Positions 10,197 through 19,597 of a stretch of 64,000 nucleotides of DNA are shown piece by piece. This stretch comes from Paracoccaceae bacterium. Lineage in GTDB: Bacteria; Pseudomonadota; Alphaproteobacteria; Rhodobacterales; Rhodobacteraceae. The notes under the pieces are model-generated. The model was not told the DNA's origin. It searched no databases and saw nothing but the letters and a program-made list of their open reading frames with translations. Location of the stretch: the NCBI GenBank assembly GCA_016744015.1, contig JADGFD010000005.1:66208-130207 (forward strand), in the 5' to 3' direction. Within the stretch, counting starts at the first letter, position 1. The number at the start of each line of letters is the position of its first letter. Made by a program: the position numbers and the translations under genes.

Positions 10197-11109
10197 CATG
10201 CCCTTGCCCGATAGCATCGAAGCCACCGAAAAAATGCTCGCCGATACCGGCTATATCTGCCCGCGAGCGCTGGCAACGGTAGCTTTCCTTTCGCTCAAGC
10301 TGGGCCGCCCGCTTTTCCTTGAAGGCGAAGCCGGTGTTGGCAAAACCGAGATCGCCAAAGCGCTCGCTAAAGGGCTGGGCCGCCGCCTTATCCGGCTGCA
10401 ATGCTATGAGGGCTTGGATGCCAACAGCGCCGTTTACGAATGGAATTTCGCGGCGCAAATGGTGGCTATCCGCACCGCAGAAGCCACCGATAGCACCAAT
10501 CGCAAAGCCCTCACCGACGAGCTATTCTCCGACGAATTCCTCATCCGCCGCCCACTCTTGGAAGCCATGCAACCCCAGCGCGGCGGCCCACCCGTGCTGC
10601 TGATAGACGAGCTAGACCGCACCGATGAGCCATTCGAGGCCTTCCTTTTGGAAGCCCTATCAGATTTCCAAGTCACCATCCCCGAGCTAGGCACCATCAA
10701 GGCCCCCGAGCCGCCCATCGTGATTGTCACCTCCAATCGCACCCGCGAAGTGCATGACGCCCTCAAGCGCCGCTGCCTTTACCACTGGGTTGACTACCCC
10801 GATTTTGACCGTGAAATGCAAATCCTGCAATCCCGCGCCCCCGACGCCACCGAGGCCCTCAGCCGCGAAATTGTCGCCTTTGTGCAGCGCCTGCGCTCTG
10901 AGGACCTGTTCAAAAAGCCCGGCGTCGCGGAAACCATAGACTGGGCCAAATGCCTGCTGGCGCTAGATGCCGTCGCCCTCTCCCCCCAGCTGATCGCCGA
11001 CACCCTAGGGGCCATTCTAAAATACCAAGATGACATCCAAAAGCTCGTGGGCAGCGAGGCCAGCAAGATTTTGGAAGAGGCCAAGAGGGGGCTGGAGGAC
11101 GGCGCATAG
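10197..11109 (+). CDS. MoxR-family AAA+ ATPase (CoxD-like)
   Basis: Walker A 'LEGEAGVGKTEIAKALA' and Walker B 'LLIDELDR'. SD AAGGA lies before ATG 10197; the alternative start is 10150. Confidence 0.85.
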
Positions 11110-11184
11110 AGACAGCACAACAAGCACTGGCATTTTCGCCCGCACAACGTATGCTTGCGTTGATAAACGAAAAGTAACCCACTC

Positions 11185-12426
11185 ATGAAAAAAACCATTG
11201 CCCTCCCCTTAGCTGCCGTCGCCCTTGTTGGCATGCTGGCCTTCGTCGCGTTTGTGCAGCTTACACCGGCCACAAGCCAACCCGTTCCCGAGCCTGCCGG
11301 AACCTACCCCGCTGACCACATCATCCGCATCACCGCGCTGTTGGAGTTTGACGGCAAGCCCGTGGTGGTAGACGAGCTTGTTACCTGCCTTGCCGAGGGC
11401 GCGGGCGGTTCTACCTCTGGGCGGCAGTTTTTGAGCTTCAGGCCCAATCGTATTCTGGTTGCCGTAGATACGCCTGATGGCGGGATGATCAGGTTTTCGG
11501 TTTTTCGCAGCTTGTGCTACGCTTATGGCAAAACTTGGGGTGAGACCGAAACCGAACGAACAATCCCTGATGGGTGGACGCCGGTTCTCACATGGTTTGA
11601 TGATCGAAATCCGCAAGAGTGGGTTGAAGGAATCATATACATCTCGGAAACCGCACTGAACGCCGAAAATGGACGCTTGCGGATCATCGAGGATTTTGCC
11701 CTCACCATTCCCGAACACCCATTTACGGAAAGCCTTCTGACCAAAGCCGAAGCGCAAGCGGTTGAGCGGGATTATTGGCAGGGGGTGCCACCAACCGGAT
11801 CTGATGTTTTTTGGCAATCCTCCGGTAGATTGGGCACTATGATTGAAGTGCCCGAAAGCATGTGGCGCAACCCCGCCACCCATTATCTACGCACTTCAAT
11901 TCATGCTAACCGCGATACAGACCCGCAGCCGCTTATCGATTTCCTTGACGGACTTGGCGAGGGGGATAGGATTATTGCGATTCCCTACTATCTGGATCCG
12001 GATGTTGGGCGAGACTCGGGGGATATGATGACTGAGGAAGCCCTGCGAATGTTGGATAGTTTTAACTATGGAAGGCATCCAGCAATGTTTGACTATCTGG
12101 AGCGCGGCGTTCCAAAAACAGATGCAGAACGTTTTGGTTTGCTGATTTCCGAAAATTCAACGCTCCGGTATCAGAATATCCCACTTGATTTGAACAGGTT
12201 CGATACGCGCATCCCTTGGACCTGCGAGGACAACGTAGCTACGCCCGATTTTGATAATCCGGGGCTGATTTATATCTTCACTCGCTCCCAACGCTGCACA
12301 CATCCTAACAATTTTGAACGGCTTGATTGGCCAGGATATGGCGAAATACCGGAATGGTATCCGGATTATGGAAACATGTTTTTCGACCAAAAGACCAAAA
12401 CTGTTTGGTATTACCGAACTAATTAA
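11185..12426 (+). CDS. hypothetical signal-anchored/secreted protein (413 aa), no recognisable domain
   Basis: N-terminal hydrophobic segment 'LPLAAVALVGMLAFVAFV'. GC is about 45-50% against about 62% in the flanks. Confidence 0.55.
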   Translation: MKKTIALPLAAVALVGMLAFVAFVQLTPATSQPVPEPAGTYPADHIIRITALLEFDGKPVVVDELVTCLAEGAGGSTSGRQFLSFRPNRILVAVDTPDGGMIRFSVFRSLCYAYGKTWGETETERTIPDGWTPVLTWFDDRNPQEWVEGIIYISETALNAENGRLRIIEDFALTIPEHPFTESLLTKAEAQAVERDYWQGVPPTGSDVFWQSSGRLGTMIEVPESMWRNPATHYLRTSIHANRDTDPQPLIDFLDGLGEGDRIIAIPYYLDPDVGRDSGDMMTEEALRMLDSFNYGRHPAMFDYLERGVPKTDAERFGLLISENSTLRYQNIPLDLNRFDTRIPWTCEDNVATPDFDNPGLIYIFTRSQRCTHPNNFERLDWPGYGEIPEWYPDYGNMFFDQKTKTVWYYRTN

Positions 12427-12437
12427 GGACAATAGAA

Positions 12438-12713
12438 ATGCCCGACAAACAAACCTACGCATTTATGGCTGCCGCCGCATATGACGAGCGGCGAGGTAGC
12501 GCTAATGACGACCATGTTATGGCCATTGAAAGCTATCTTGAAGAGAAAATGGGGTGGTTCAAAGAAAACCGTGGTGGCGGAGCCGCCGGCGCGTCCTATT
12601 CCGACCCATCCACCGGCATGCAGGCGGATGTTTGGACAAAAGGCTCCGAATACGTCATCGCCTTCCGCGGCACTGAGGGCAGCCGCACAAAGGGCAACGC
12701 CCTTAATGGTTAG
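12438..12713 (+). pseudogene. class-3 lipase (Lipase_3)-like N-terminal fragment, 91 codons
   Basis: 'YAFMAAAAYDE...VIAFRGTEGS' matches the region just upstream of the Lipase_3 catalytic Ser, which is absent. SD AAGGA. The TAG stop overlaps the VWA gene ATG. Confidence 0.4.
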
Positions 12714-13950
12714 CCTCCCCGATCTCGAAATCCCAGCAGACGGCAAGCTGGCCGCCAATATTACCTATTTCGCCCGTGCGCTTCGGGCGGCGGGCATTCC
12801 TGTGGGGGCGGGAAGGCTGATTGATGCGATTAGGGCGGTGGAGGCCGTGGGGTTTAGCGGGCGGCGTGATTTTTACTGGACGCTGCACGCCTGTTTTGTA
12901 AACCGCCCCGAGCAGCGGGTGGTTTTTGGGCAGGTTTTTCGGCTGTTTTGGCGCGACCCACAATTCCTTGAGCACATGATGGGCATGTTGCGCCCCACCC
13001 TGCGCGGGGCCAACGCGCCGCCCAATAAGAAAGACGCCGAGCGGCGGGCGGCGGAGGCCTTGCTCGATGGGGCTAACCAAGAGCTGCCGGATATGCAAGA
13101 AGACGGCGAGGAGGTCGAATTTGATGCGACCATCAGCTTTTCGGCCTCTGAAAAGCTCAAGCAGCAGGATTTTGAACAAATGAGCGCCGATGAGCTCGCC
13201 CGCGCCCGCCGTGCTATCGCGCAAATCACCCTGCCCATAAAACCCATCGCCAGCCGCCGCAGCCAAGCAGCCGCAAACGGCCCCCTGCCTGACTGGCGCG
13301 CCACGCTCCGCACCGCCATACGCACCGGCGGCGAGCTGCAAAGCATCAAGCGGCGCAAACGCAAGCAGCATTATCCTAATCTGGTGGCGCTGTGTGATAT
13401 CTCCGGCTCTATGTCGGGCTACTCCCGCATGCTGCTGCACTTTCTGCACGCCGCCAGCAATGCCAAAGGCGCGGGCTGGGCCAAGGTGCATAGCTTTACC
13501 TTTGGCACCCGCCTTACCAATATAACTCGCCACCTGCACCACCGTGATGTAGACGCCGCCCTGCACGCCGCTGGCCTGCAAGCCCAAGGTTGGGAGGGCG
13601 GCACCCGCATTGGTGAAAGCCTGCACGCCTTTAACCGCGATTGGTCCCGCCGCACCCTTGGCCAAGGTGCTGTCGTGCTGCTGATAACAGATGGCCTGGA
13701 TCGCGACGACGCAACACTTCTGGCCAAAGAGGCCGAGCGCCTCCGCCTCTCCTGCCGCCGCCTGATCTGGCTTAACCCACTCTTGCGCTGGGAGGGCTTC
13801 ACCCCCAAAGCCGCGGGCGTTAAGGCTCTGCTCCCTCATGTGGACACCTTCACCGCCAGCCACTCGATCGGCTCAATAGAGGCCCTCGCCAATATCCTGA
13901 GCCAAGCTGGAAATAGCGGCGACAAGGCGCGGCTTATGAGGTTGCTCTAG
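12706..13950 (+). CDS. VWA domain-containing CoxE-like protein
   Basis: 'DFYWTLHACFVNRPEQRVVFGQVFRLFWRDPQFLEHMM', and the VWA MIDAS 'DISGSMSG'. Confidence 0.85.
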   Translation: MVSLPDLEIPADGKLAANITYFARALRAAGIPVGAGRLIDAIRAVEAVGFSGRRDFYWTLHACFVNRPEQRVVFGQVFRLFWRDPQFLEHMMGMLRPTLRGANAPPNKKDAERRAAEALLDGANQELPDMQEDGEEVEFDATISFSASEKLKQQDFEQMSADELARARRAIAQITLPIKPIASRRSQAAANGPLPDWRATLRTAIRTGGELQSIKRRKRKQHYPNLVALCDISGSMSGYSRMLLHFLHAASNAKGAGWAKVHSFTFGTRLTNITRHLHHRDVDAALHAAGLQAQGWEGGTRIGESLHAFNRDWSRRTLGQGAVVLLITDGLDRDDATLLAKEAERLRLSCRRLIWLNPLLRWEGFTPKAAGVKALLPHVDTFTASHSIGSIEALANILSQAGNSGDKARLMRLL

Positions 13951-13994
13951 AGCGATCTCGGGTGCCGTATCAAGCACCCGAAGACCATATTTAC

Positions 13995-14222
13995 TTAGCT
14001 CAAATGCGCCTTGATCTTTTCGATCACATCTTCCACCGAAAGGCCCAGCCCTTCAAGCATTGATAGATCAATACCCTTACTTTCCAGCATCGATGTAACG
14101 GCGTCCGCGTCCATATTCGCCAGTGCAGAAAGATCAATCCCGCTGTCGCTAATTTTTGAAACAATTTCGTCCGTTCCTCCAAGAGCGCCTGCGGCTTTCC
14201 CGAGCATATCACCTAGTCCCAT
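13995..14222 (-). CDS. small Gly-rich protein (DUF937/YidB-like), tentative
   Basis: 'MGLGDMLGKAAGALGG...', with SD GAGGAG upstream of ATG 14222. Confidence 0.45.
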   Translation of the reverse strand: MGLGDMLGKAAGALGGTDEIVSKISDSGIDLSALANMDADAVTSMLESKGIDLSMLEGLGLSVEDVIEKIKAHLS

Positions 14223-14410
14223 ATTTATCTCCTCATCTAATTGCGCTGCGCGGCTTGCCCCGCCCAAGAAATGTCGCACTAATCCTGATGGATTAAAAGG
14301 TCTGATATCGCGCATCTGTTTTGCATTGCAACGCTGCGTCTAGGGGCAACGCACCAGCGCGGCGCGTACCGGGTGCTACCCCAAAGCGCAATACCGCCGC
14401 GCCGCCACCG

Positions 14411-15355
14411 CTACGGCACCGCGTTTACGTATTCATACATGCCCACAGCTTCGTTCATGGCCGTTAGCACCGCTTCCATGTTTTCCACAACCGCTTTGCG
14501 GTCCTCATCTGTAATCTCCCCGCCATCAGCTACGGCCTGAAGCACAGTATCCATCGGGGCCCACAGCCGCGCAACTTCATGCAGCTTTTGGCGAATATCA
14601 TAATTGGGCGCTGGTATCACCATTCCGGGCAATCCGTTTTGCAAGCCCGCTAGCGTGGCATTAAAAACGCTGATCGTCTCTGCCAATTTGGCGCGGTTCT
14701 CGGTGGGCGTCACACCTGCATCTATCAGGCAAAACTCTTTCGCCATTTTTTGGCTCAGCATGCGTTGTCGCCCGGCAATATCCAACGAGACCGATACAAT
14801 GAGGGGCAATTCATCCAACTGCTCTACATAGGTTTGGGAAATGGTCTGAACGGCGGCATTTGCTTTCGCCAATAAGTCTAGCCCAAGGGCATCAAGGCTG
14901 TAGAGGTCCTCAATCGAAATGCCTGCGGGAGAAATCGCAACATCTCCCAAGCTGGCAACGTTACCCCACTCCAACGAGATAACCTCAAGCTCCGCCAAAA
15001 TTTCAGGCGTAGTTTCGCGGCGCAACCCAAGTGCCGGATCCCCATTTTGCAAGGCAAGAAGCGACTGCTCAAACAGGTTTCCGGTTTCAACCATCTCCGC
15101 ACGGTATGCCGTGCGCTCAATGCCCAGCGAAGAAAAGCACGCCGATTTCACCATCCGTTGAATCAACATACGCTCACGCCCAGCGATGTTAATGCGGGTT
15201 TTGGCCTCAATGGCATCTATGCTTTGCGCATGAGCAGGCACCACCATTGGTGCATTAACCGAACAAGCCAAAGCAAGACTCATTACAACGCGGGACACGC
15301 GTTTTGAAATTATAGTATTTAACATTTTTTTCACCGAATCGTTAATAGAGAGCAA
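14411..15355 (-). CDS. periplasmic protein with two PilJ/NarX-type N-terminal sensor (NIT-like) repeats
   Basis: Signal peptide plus the repeated motif 'IAGRERMLIQRMVK' / 'IAGRQRMLSQKMAKE'. No output domain. Confidence 0.55.
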   Translation of the reverse strand: MLSINDSVKKMLNTIISKRVSRVVMSLALACSVNAPMVVPAHAQSIDAIEAKTRINIAGRERMLIQRMVKSACFSSLGIERTAYRAEMVETGNLFEQSLLALQNGDPALGLRRETTPEILAELEVISLEWGNVASLGDVAISPAGISIEDLYSLDALGLDLLAKANAAVQTISQTYVEQLDELPLIVSVSLDIAGRQRMLSQKMAKEFCLIDAGVTPTENRAKLAETISVFNATLAGLQNGLPGMVIPAPNYDIRQKLHEVARLWAPMDTVLQAVADGGEITDEDRKAVVENMEAVLTAMNEAVGMYEYVNAVP

Positions 15356-15414
15356 TCGTTAGAAGTGGGTAATTACTTACCACCATATTCACTCAGATGC
15401 ATACAACAAACCTT

Positions 15415-15483
15415 TGCGTTTGCCAAAAATGTCGCCAAAATCGGAGCACTTGTGCGTTTGCGCAAAAATCTGCGCCAAAAAAG
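15415..15483. repeat. two ~28-bp direct repeats (TGCGTTTGCSMAAAAATSTSGCCAAAA) upstream of the sensor-domain gene
   Basis: The repeats lie at 15415-15440 and 15453-15483, separated by a 12-bp spacer. Confidence 0.5.
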
Positions 15484-15507
15484 AAGGTATTTTAAGGGCA
15501 CTAGGCG

Positions 15508-15978
15508 TTACATAAGCCCGATATCCTCGGCTCTGAGCTTACAAGCATATCCGAACCCGCCATTCAAAAAGGCTGCATGCACTTGAAAACGCACAAACCC
15601 AAAATCACCAAAATCTATGTAGAGCTTGGCCTTAGGGTGTGTTTTTAGCCAGCGTTCACGCAGAGTTTCATCGCGGCCAACCAGCTCAGCATTGGCCTGT
15701 ATTGTCAGGCGCGCATGGGTCAGCGGGTCACCCTTTGGCCCCGGCTCACCGATCAAAAGCGAGCAGCGCGGGTTGGCCTTCAACGCCGTTGTATGCTGGG
15801 AAAGGGTTGAAACCAAAGATATAATCCCACCCTCGGCATTGAGGGCAATACGGGTTACAAACGGCGCGCCCTCAAGCATAACGCCCAGCGCACCAAAGCG
15901 CGCCGTAGCCAGCAACCCCCGCGCTATCTCCCGCGCCTCGTCATCGACCGGCCTCAAACTGGATTTTTTAATGGTCAT
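15508..15978 (-). CDS. pyridoxamine 5'-phosphate oxidase-like FMN-binding split-barrel protein
   Basis: PNPOx-like profile. The ATGA start overlaps the mgtE stop. Confidence 0.6.
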   Translation of the reverse strand: MTIKKSSLRPVDDEAREIARGLLATARFGALGVMLEGAPFVTRIALNAEGGIISLVSTLSQHTTALKANPRCSLLIGEPGPKGDPLTHARLTIQANAELVGRDETLRERWLKTHPKAKLYIDFGDFGFVRFQVHAAFLNGGFGYACKLRAEDIGLM

Positions 15979-17351
15979 ATCAGCATCAGCGCGGCTAGCC
16001 CGAGAAACGAGAAAAAACCAACGATATCTGTCACCGTGGTTACAAATGCGCCAGAGGCCAAGGCCGGGTCAGCCCCAAGCTTATCGAGCGTAATGGGCAC
16101 CAAAATGCCGGCCATGCCTGCCATCAATAGATTCGCGATCATAGCCAGCCCCAGCACCACGCCCAGCATCGGGCTCCCAAACCAGACCGCGCCGACAATG
16201 CCAATGACCACGGCAAATATCACTCCATTTACCAGCCCCACCAGCGTTTCCCGCAGCACAATGCGCATAGCGTTTGAGGGCGTAAGGTCATGGGTGGCAA
16301 TAGCGCGTACGGCCACCGTAAGGGTTTGCGTGGCAGCATTTCCGCCCATGGAGGCCACGATGGGCAACAGCACGGCAAGCGCTACGATCGCCTCGATCAC
16401 ATCAGTGAATTGCGCAATCACAAAGGATGCCAAAATGGAGGTCACGAGGTTCACGGCCAGCCACGGAAAGCGCGCCTTGGTGATGCGCCAGACCTTATCC
16501 GTCAGATCTTCATCGCCAACCCCCGCAAGGCGGTTCATGTCTTCCTCCACCTCGTCTTCCAGCACTTCCATGGCGTCATCAATGGTAATAACGCCGACCA
16601 AACGGCCCTCGCGGTCCACCACCGGCGCGCTGACCATATGGTATTGGTTGAAGGCATAGGCCACCTCTTCGATATCCTGATCAACGGGAATCGTGCGGAA
16701 ATCTTTCTCCATGAGGTCGGCAATCGGCACCTCACGATCTGCACCCACGATGGTGGCAAGGCGCACTTCCCCCACAGGGTGCATCAATGGGTCCACCACC
16801 ATCACATCATAAAAGCTTTCGGGCAGGTTTTCGGCGCTGCGCATATAATCAATAATATTGCCCACGGCCCAGTGCGCGGGTGCGACCACCATTTCGCGCT
16901 GCATCAGGCGGCCCGCGCTATCCTCTTGATAGGTCAGGGCTTGCTCAACCGCAATCCGGTCCACGTCATCCAGCTTTTCGAGTAGCTTTTCCTGCTGCGG
17001 CTCTTCGAGGTCTTCAACGAGGTAAACCACGTCATCGGTTTCAAGCTCGCGCACGGCCTCTGCCAACACTTCGTCGGGCAGATCACGCATCACTTCGTCG
17101 CGAATGCCCTCTTCCAGCTCGGAAAGTACTTCAGCATCAATTTCGCGCCCCCAAAGCATGAGCATCGCTTCACGCTCAGACGGGCTGATCTGCTCAAGAA
17201 TGTCGGCGATATCAGCCTCGTGCAGCGGCTCTAGCAGGCTTAAGAGCTGCTGTTGAGAGCCTTGCTCAACGGTCTCCAGCACCGATTCGACCAAGGACAG
17301 GTTCAGGCCGTAATCGTCCTCAGCCGGGAAATCATGGAGTTGGTCTGTCAT
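15975..17351 (-). CDS. mgtE: magnesium transporter MgtE
   Basis: N-terminal acidic domain, tandem CBS domains and a C-terminal TM domain typical of MgtE. Confidence 0.9.
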   Translation of the reverse strand: MTDQLHDFPAEDDYGLNLSLVESVLETVEQGSQQQLLSLLEPLHEADIADILEQISPSEREAMLMLWGREIDAEVLSELEEGIRDEVMRDLPDEVLAEAVRELETDDVVYLVEDLEEPQQEKLLEKLDDVDRIAVEQALTYQEDSAGRLMQREMVVAPAHWAVGNIIDYMRSAENLPESFYDVMVVDPLMHPVGEVRLATIVGADREVPIADLMEKDFRTIPVDQDIEEVAYAFNQYHMVSAPVVDREGRLVGVITIDDAMEVLEDEVEEDMNRLAGVGDEDLTDKVWRITKARFPWLAVNLVTSILASFVIAQFTDVIEAIVALAVLLPIVASMGGNAATQTLTVAVRAIATHDLTPSNAMRIVLRETLVGLVNGVIFAVVIGIVGAVWFGSPMLGVVLGLAMIANLLMAGMAGILVPITLDKLGADPALASGAFVTTVTDIVGFFSFLGLAALMLI

Positions 17352-17510
17352 GGTGCGGCCCCTTTGCTTTTAGGGCAACATAGGCGAGGCGGCGAGCTAT
17401 GTCACCCGCTCTGGAACATTTTGACTGCGTAGCGTGTGCGCCTCTTCGGGGAGCCTAAAGGCCCCCCTCATCAGCGCAAGTTGTGCAAGCACAACGGGAT
17501 GGGCGTGGCC

Positions 17511-18365
17511 TTAGGGAAATTCTCGCGCTGCCATCGCCATAAAGGCTTTGATTAGCCGCCGCTCCCTGCGTGCGCTCATGCATATCAGCGATTCCTGCAT
17601 CATCAGGGGCGGATTAGGGAGCTTGATTGCCTGTAAGCGCTCATCTCGCCCGAATTCGGCGGTGGACACAAAGCCTATCCCATTGCCTGCGGCCACAATC
17701 TCACGCACCGCTTCGCGCCCTTCTGCCACAATTGAGGCTCTTAACCGCCCCGCAACGGCCTCTAGTTTTTGCCGGGTTCGTGAGCCTTTCTCCCTTAATA
17801 CCAAAGGCACTTTGGTTAGGTCTTCATAGCTGAGTTGACGAATGCCTCCATAAGCGCCTGCTTTAGCGGCAAAGGCTATCAAGGGAGATTCTCCTATAGG
17901 CCGGACCTCAAAATTTGAGGATTCAGAAAGTGCGCCGACTACGCCAATATCAGCGGTATAGTCCAGCAATGCCCCGATAACATCTTCTGAGTTTCCGACC
18001 CGCAGTGAAATTGCTATTTTTGGGTAGCGTGTCTGAAATGCTTTTAGCATTGGCGTGACGTGGTATGCGGAATCCACAAACAACCTTAACGTGCCGGACT
18101 CCAAGGCACTGGTTTCGTTTAAATAATCTAGCGCCTGAGCTTCAGCGTCAAACATCTGGTTTGTCGATTTCAGCAAGCCAGCCCCTTTTTCTGTCAGCCT
18201 AATTTGCCGCTTGCTGCGGTCAAATAGCAAAATATCGTAAGCTTCTTCAAGCCTGCGCACTTGATCAGAGATCGCAGGCTGGCTGAGGTTTAGGGCTTCA
18301 GCAGCACGCGAAAACCCGCCCAAAGCGGCGACGTAATGAAAAGCCCGGAGTTGAGTGTATCGCAT
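17511..18365 (-). CDS. LysR family transcriptional regulator
   Basis: N-terminal HTH 'LRAFHYVAALGGFSRAAEALNLSQPAISDQVRRLE'. Confidence 0.85.
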   Translation of the reverse strand: MRYTQLRAFHYVAALGGFSRAAEALNLSQPAISDQVRRLEEAYDILLFDRSKRQIRLTEKGAGLLKSTNQMFDAEAQALDYLNETSALESGTLRLFVDSAYHVTPMLKAFQTRYPKIAISLRVGNSEDVIGALLDYTADIGVVGALSESSNFEVRPIGESPLIAFAAKAGAYGGIRQLSYEDLTKVPLVLREKGSRTRQKLEAVAGRLRASIVAEGREAVREIVAAGNGIGFVSTAEFGRDERLQAIKLPNPPLMMQESLICMSARRERRLIKAFMAMAAREFP

Positions 18366-18511
18366 CGGTTTATTCTATAGGTTTTTCTTATATAATAATC
18401 AATTATAACGATTTTACAAATGCACCTGCCAGCACGATATTTCCGCCAAATTCGCCTCGGAGGAGCTACACATGACACCCCGCATCCCTACCTTAACTGC
18501 ACAATTCTTAC

Positions 18512-19381
18512 GTGCCAGCTGGGAGAAATACCATTACTAGCTTTGCGATCACAATTGTCCTTTGCGCGGCCATACTGCACGCGCTGTGGAATGCGCTTGT
18601 TAAAGCCAGCACCGACCGGTTGGCTATATTGGGGCTTATTGCAGCAGGCCACGTGGTGCTTGGCGCGGGGTTAGCTGCGGGTGCACCTTTGCCGTCGCTC
18701 GCAGGCTGGGCCTATATTGCGGCTTCAACCATTATCCACTTTGGCTATTATTTCCTGCTTTATCATAGCTACCGGCTTGGTGATCTTAGCCAAGTTTACC
18801 CCATCGCGCGGGGCATGGCACCGGTTTTGGTTGCCGTTGGTGCGCAAGTATTCGCGGGCGAGACCTTGCCGCCCTTGGCATGGCTCGGCGTGCTGGTTAC
18901 TTCGGGCGGCATTTTTTTGCTGTCGGGAAGCATTTTTAGAGAGAAAACACCACCAATTGTCGTGTTGACAGCGATGGCGACGGGGCTGATCATTGCCAGT
19001 TACTCACTGGTTGATGGCTTAGGCGTGCGCGCTGCGGGCACCGAGCGTGGCTATATCGGCTGGCTGTTTATGGCTGAGGTTTTTGTGGCTGGCGCTGTGT
19101 TTGTAAAACTTGGGGGCAAGGCCAGGCAAATTTCCAGGAAAACCGTTCTAACAGGCCTGCTCGGTGGTTTGGTCTCGGCTATGGCCTATGCGCTGGTGAT
19201 CTACGCCAAATCGTTTAGCCCCTTGGCCGCTGTTTCAACCCTACGCGAAACCTCTGTGGTATTTGCTGCCCTCATTGGCATGATTTGGCTAGGGGAGCGC
19301 CCGTGGAAGCTAAGGCTTATCGCATCAGGTGTTGTGGCATCCGGCGTTATCGCTATGACACTCGCCAACACCCTGCCTTAA
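18512..19381 (+). CDS. EamA/DMT family transporter
   Basis: 10-TM profile with duplicated EamA halves. Confidence 0.75.
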   Translation: MPAGRNTITSFAITIVLCAAILHALWNALVKASTDRLAILGLIAAGHVVLGAGLAAGAPLPSLAGWAYIAASTIIHFGYYFLLYHSYRLGDLSQVYPIARGMAPVLVAVGAQVFAGETLPPLAWLGVLVTSGGIFLLSGSIFREKTPPIVVLTAMATGLIIASYSLVDGLGVRAAGTERGYIGWLFMAEVFVAGAVFVKLGGKARQISRKTVLTGLLGGLVSAMAYALVIYAKSFSPLAAVSTLRETSVVFAALIGMIWLGERPWKLRLIASGVVASGVIAMTLANTLP

Positions 19382-19552
19382 CGATTGTCTCGCTGCGCTC
19401 GACCCGCGCGGCGCGTCAACCATTGTGGGTGTGGCAAGGCCATACGCGCGCCGCACTGCGCCATTTGCGCCTGCAACAAGCGCCAAGGTCCGAGCGCGGC
19501 GCGAGCACAACCTTGCACAGCAAAGCCATGCTCACCGCGCCGCCACCGAGCG

Positions 19553-19588
19553 CAGCGAGGCCACGCCCAACCGAAGGGCGGGAGCACC
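19553..19588. repeat. short copy of the dispersed GC-rich intergenic repeat (CGAGGCCACGCCCAACCG...GGGCGGGAG)
   Basis: Shares the core motifs of the elements at 3381-3470 and 41495-41590. Confidence 0.4.
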
Positions 19589-19597
19589 ACGCCTTAC

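Noticed and set aside
12703-13863. 386-aa minus-strand ORF
   Set aside because: It is antisense to the well-supported CoxE-like VWA gene and has low-complexity Ala/Gly-rich translation.
13957-13982. Hairpin TCGGGTGC-CGTATCAA-GCACCCGA between the VWA gene and the DUF937-like gene, as an intrinsic terminator
   Set aside because: There is no flanking T-run on either strand. It may still be a structural element, so confidence is low.
15415-15483. CRISPR array
   Set aside because: There are only two imperfect direct repeats, no regular spacers and no cas genes in the window.
16036-16985. Plus-strand ORFs of 207 and 231 aa
   Set aside because: They are antisense to mgtE, with His/Gly-rich nonsense translations.
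17352-17510. Mg2+ riboswitch (M-box) in the mgtE leader
   Set aside because: No conserved M-box core was recognised. The region contains only the GGGGAGCC/GGCCCCCC hairpin repeat.
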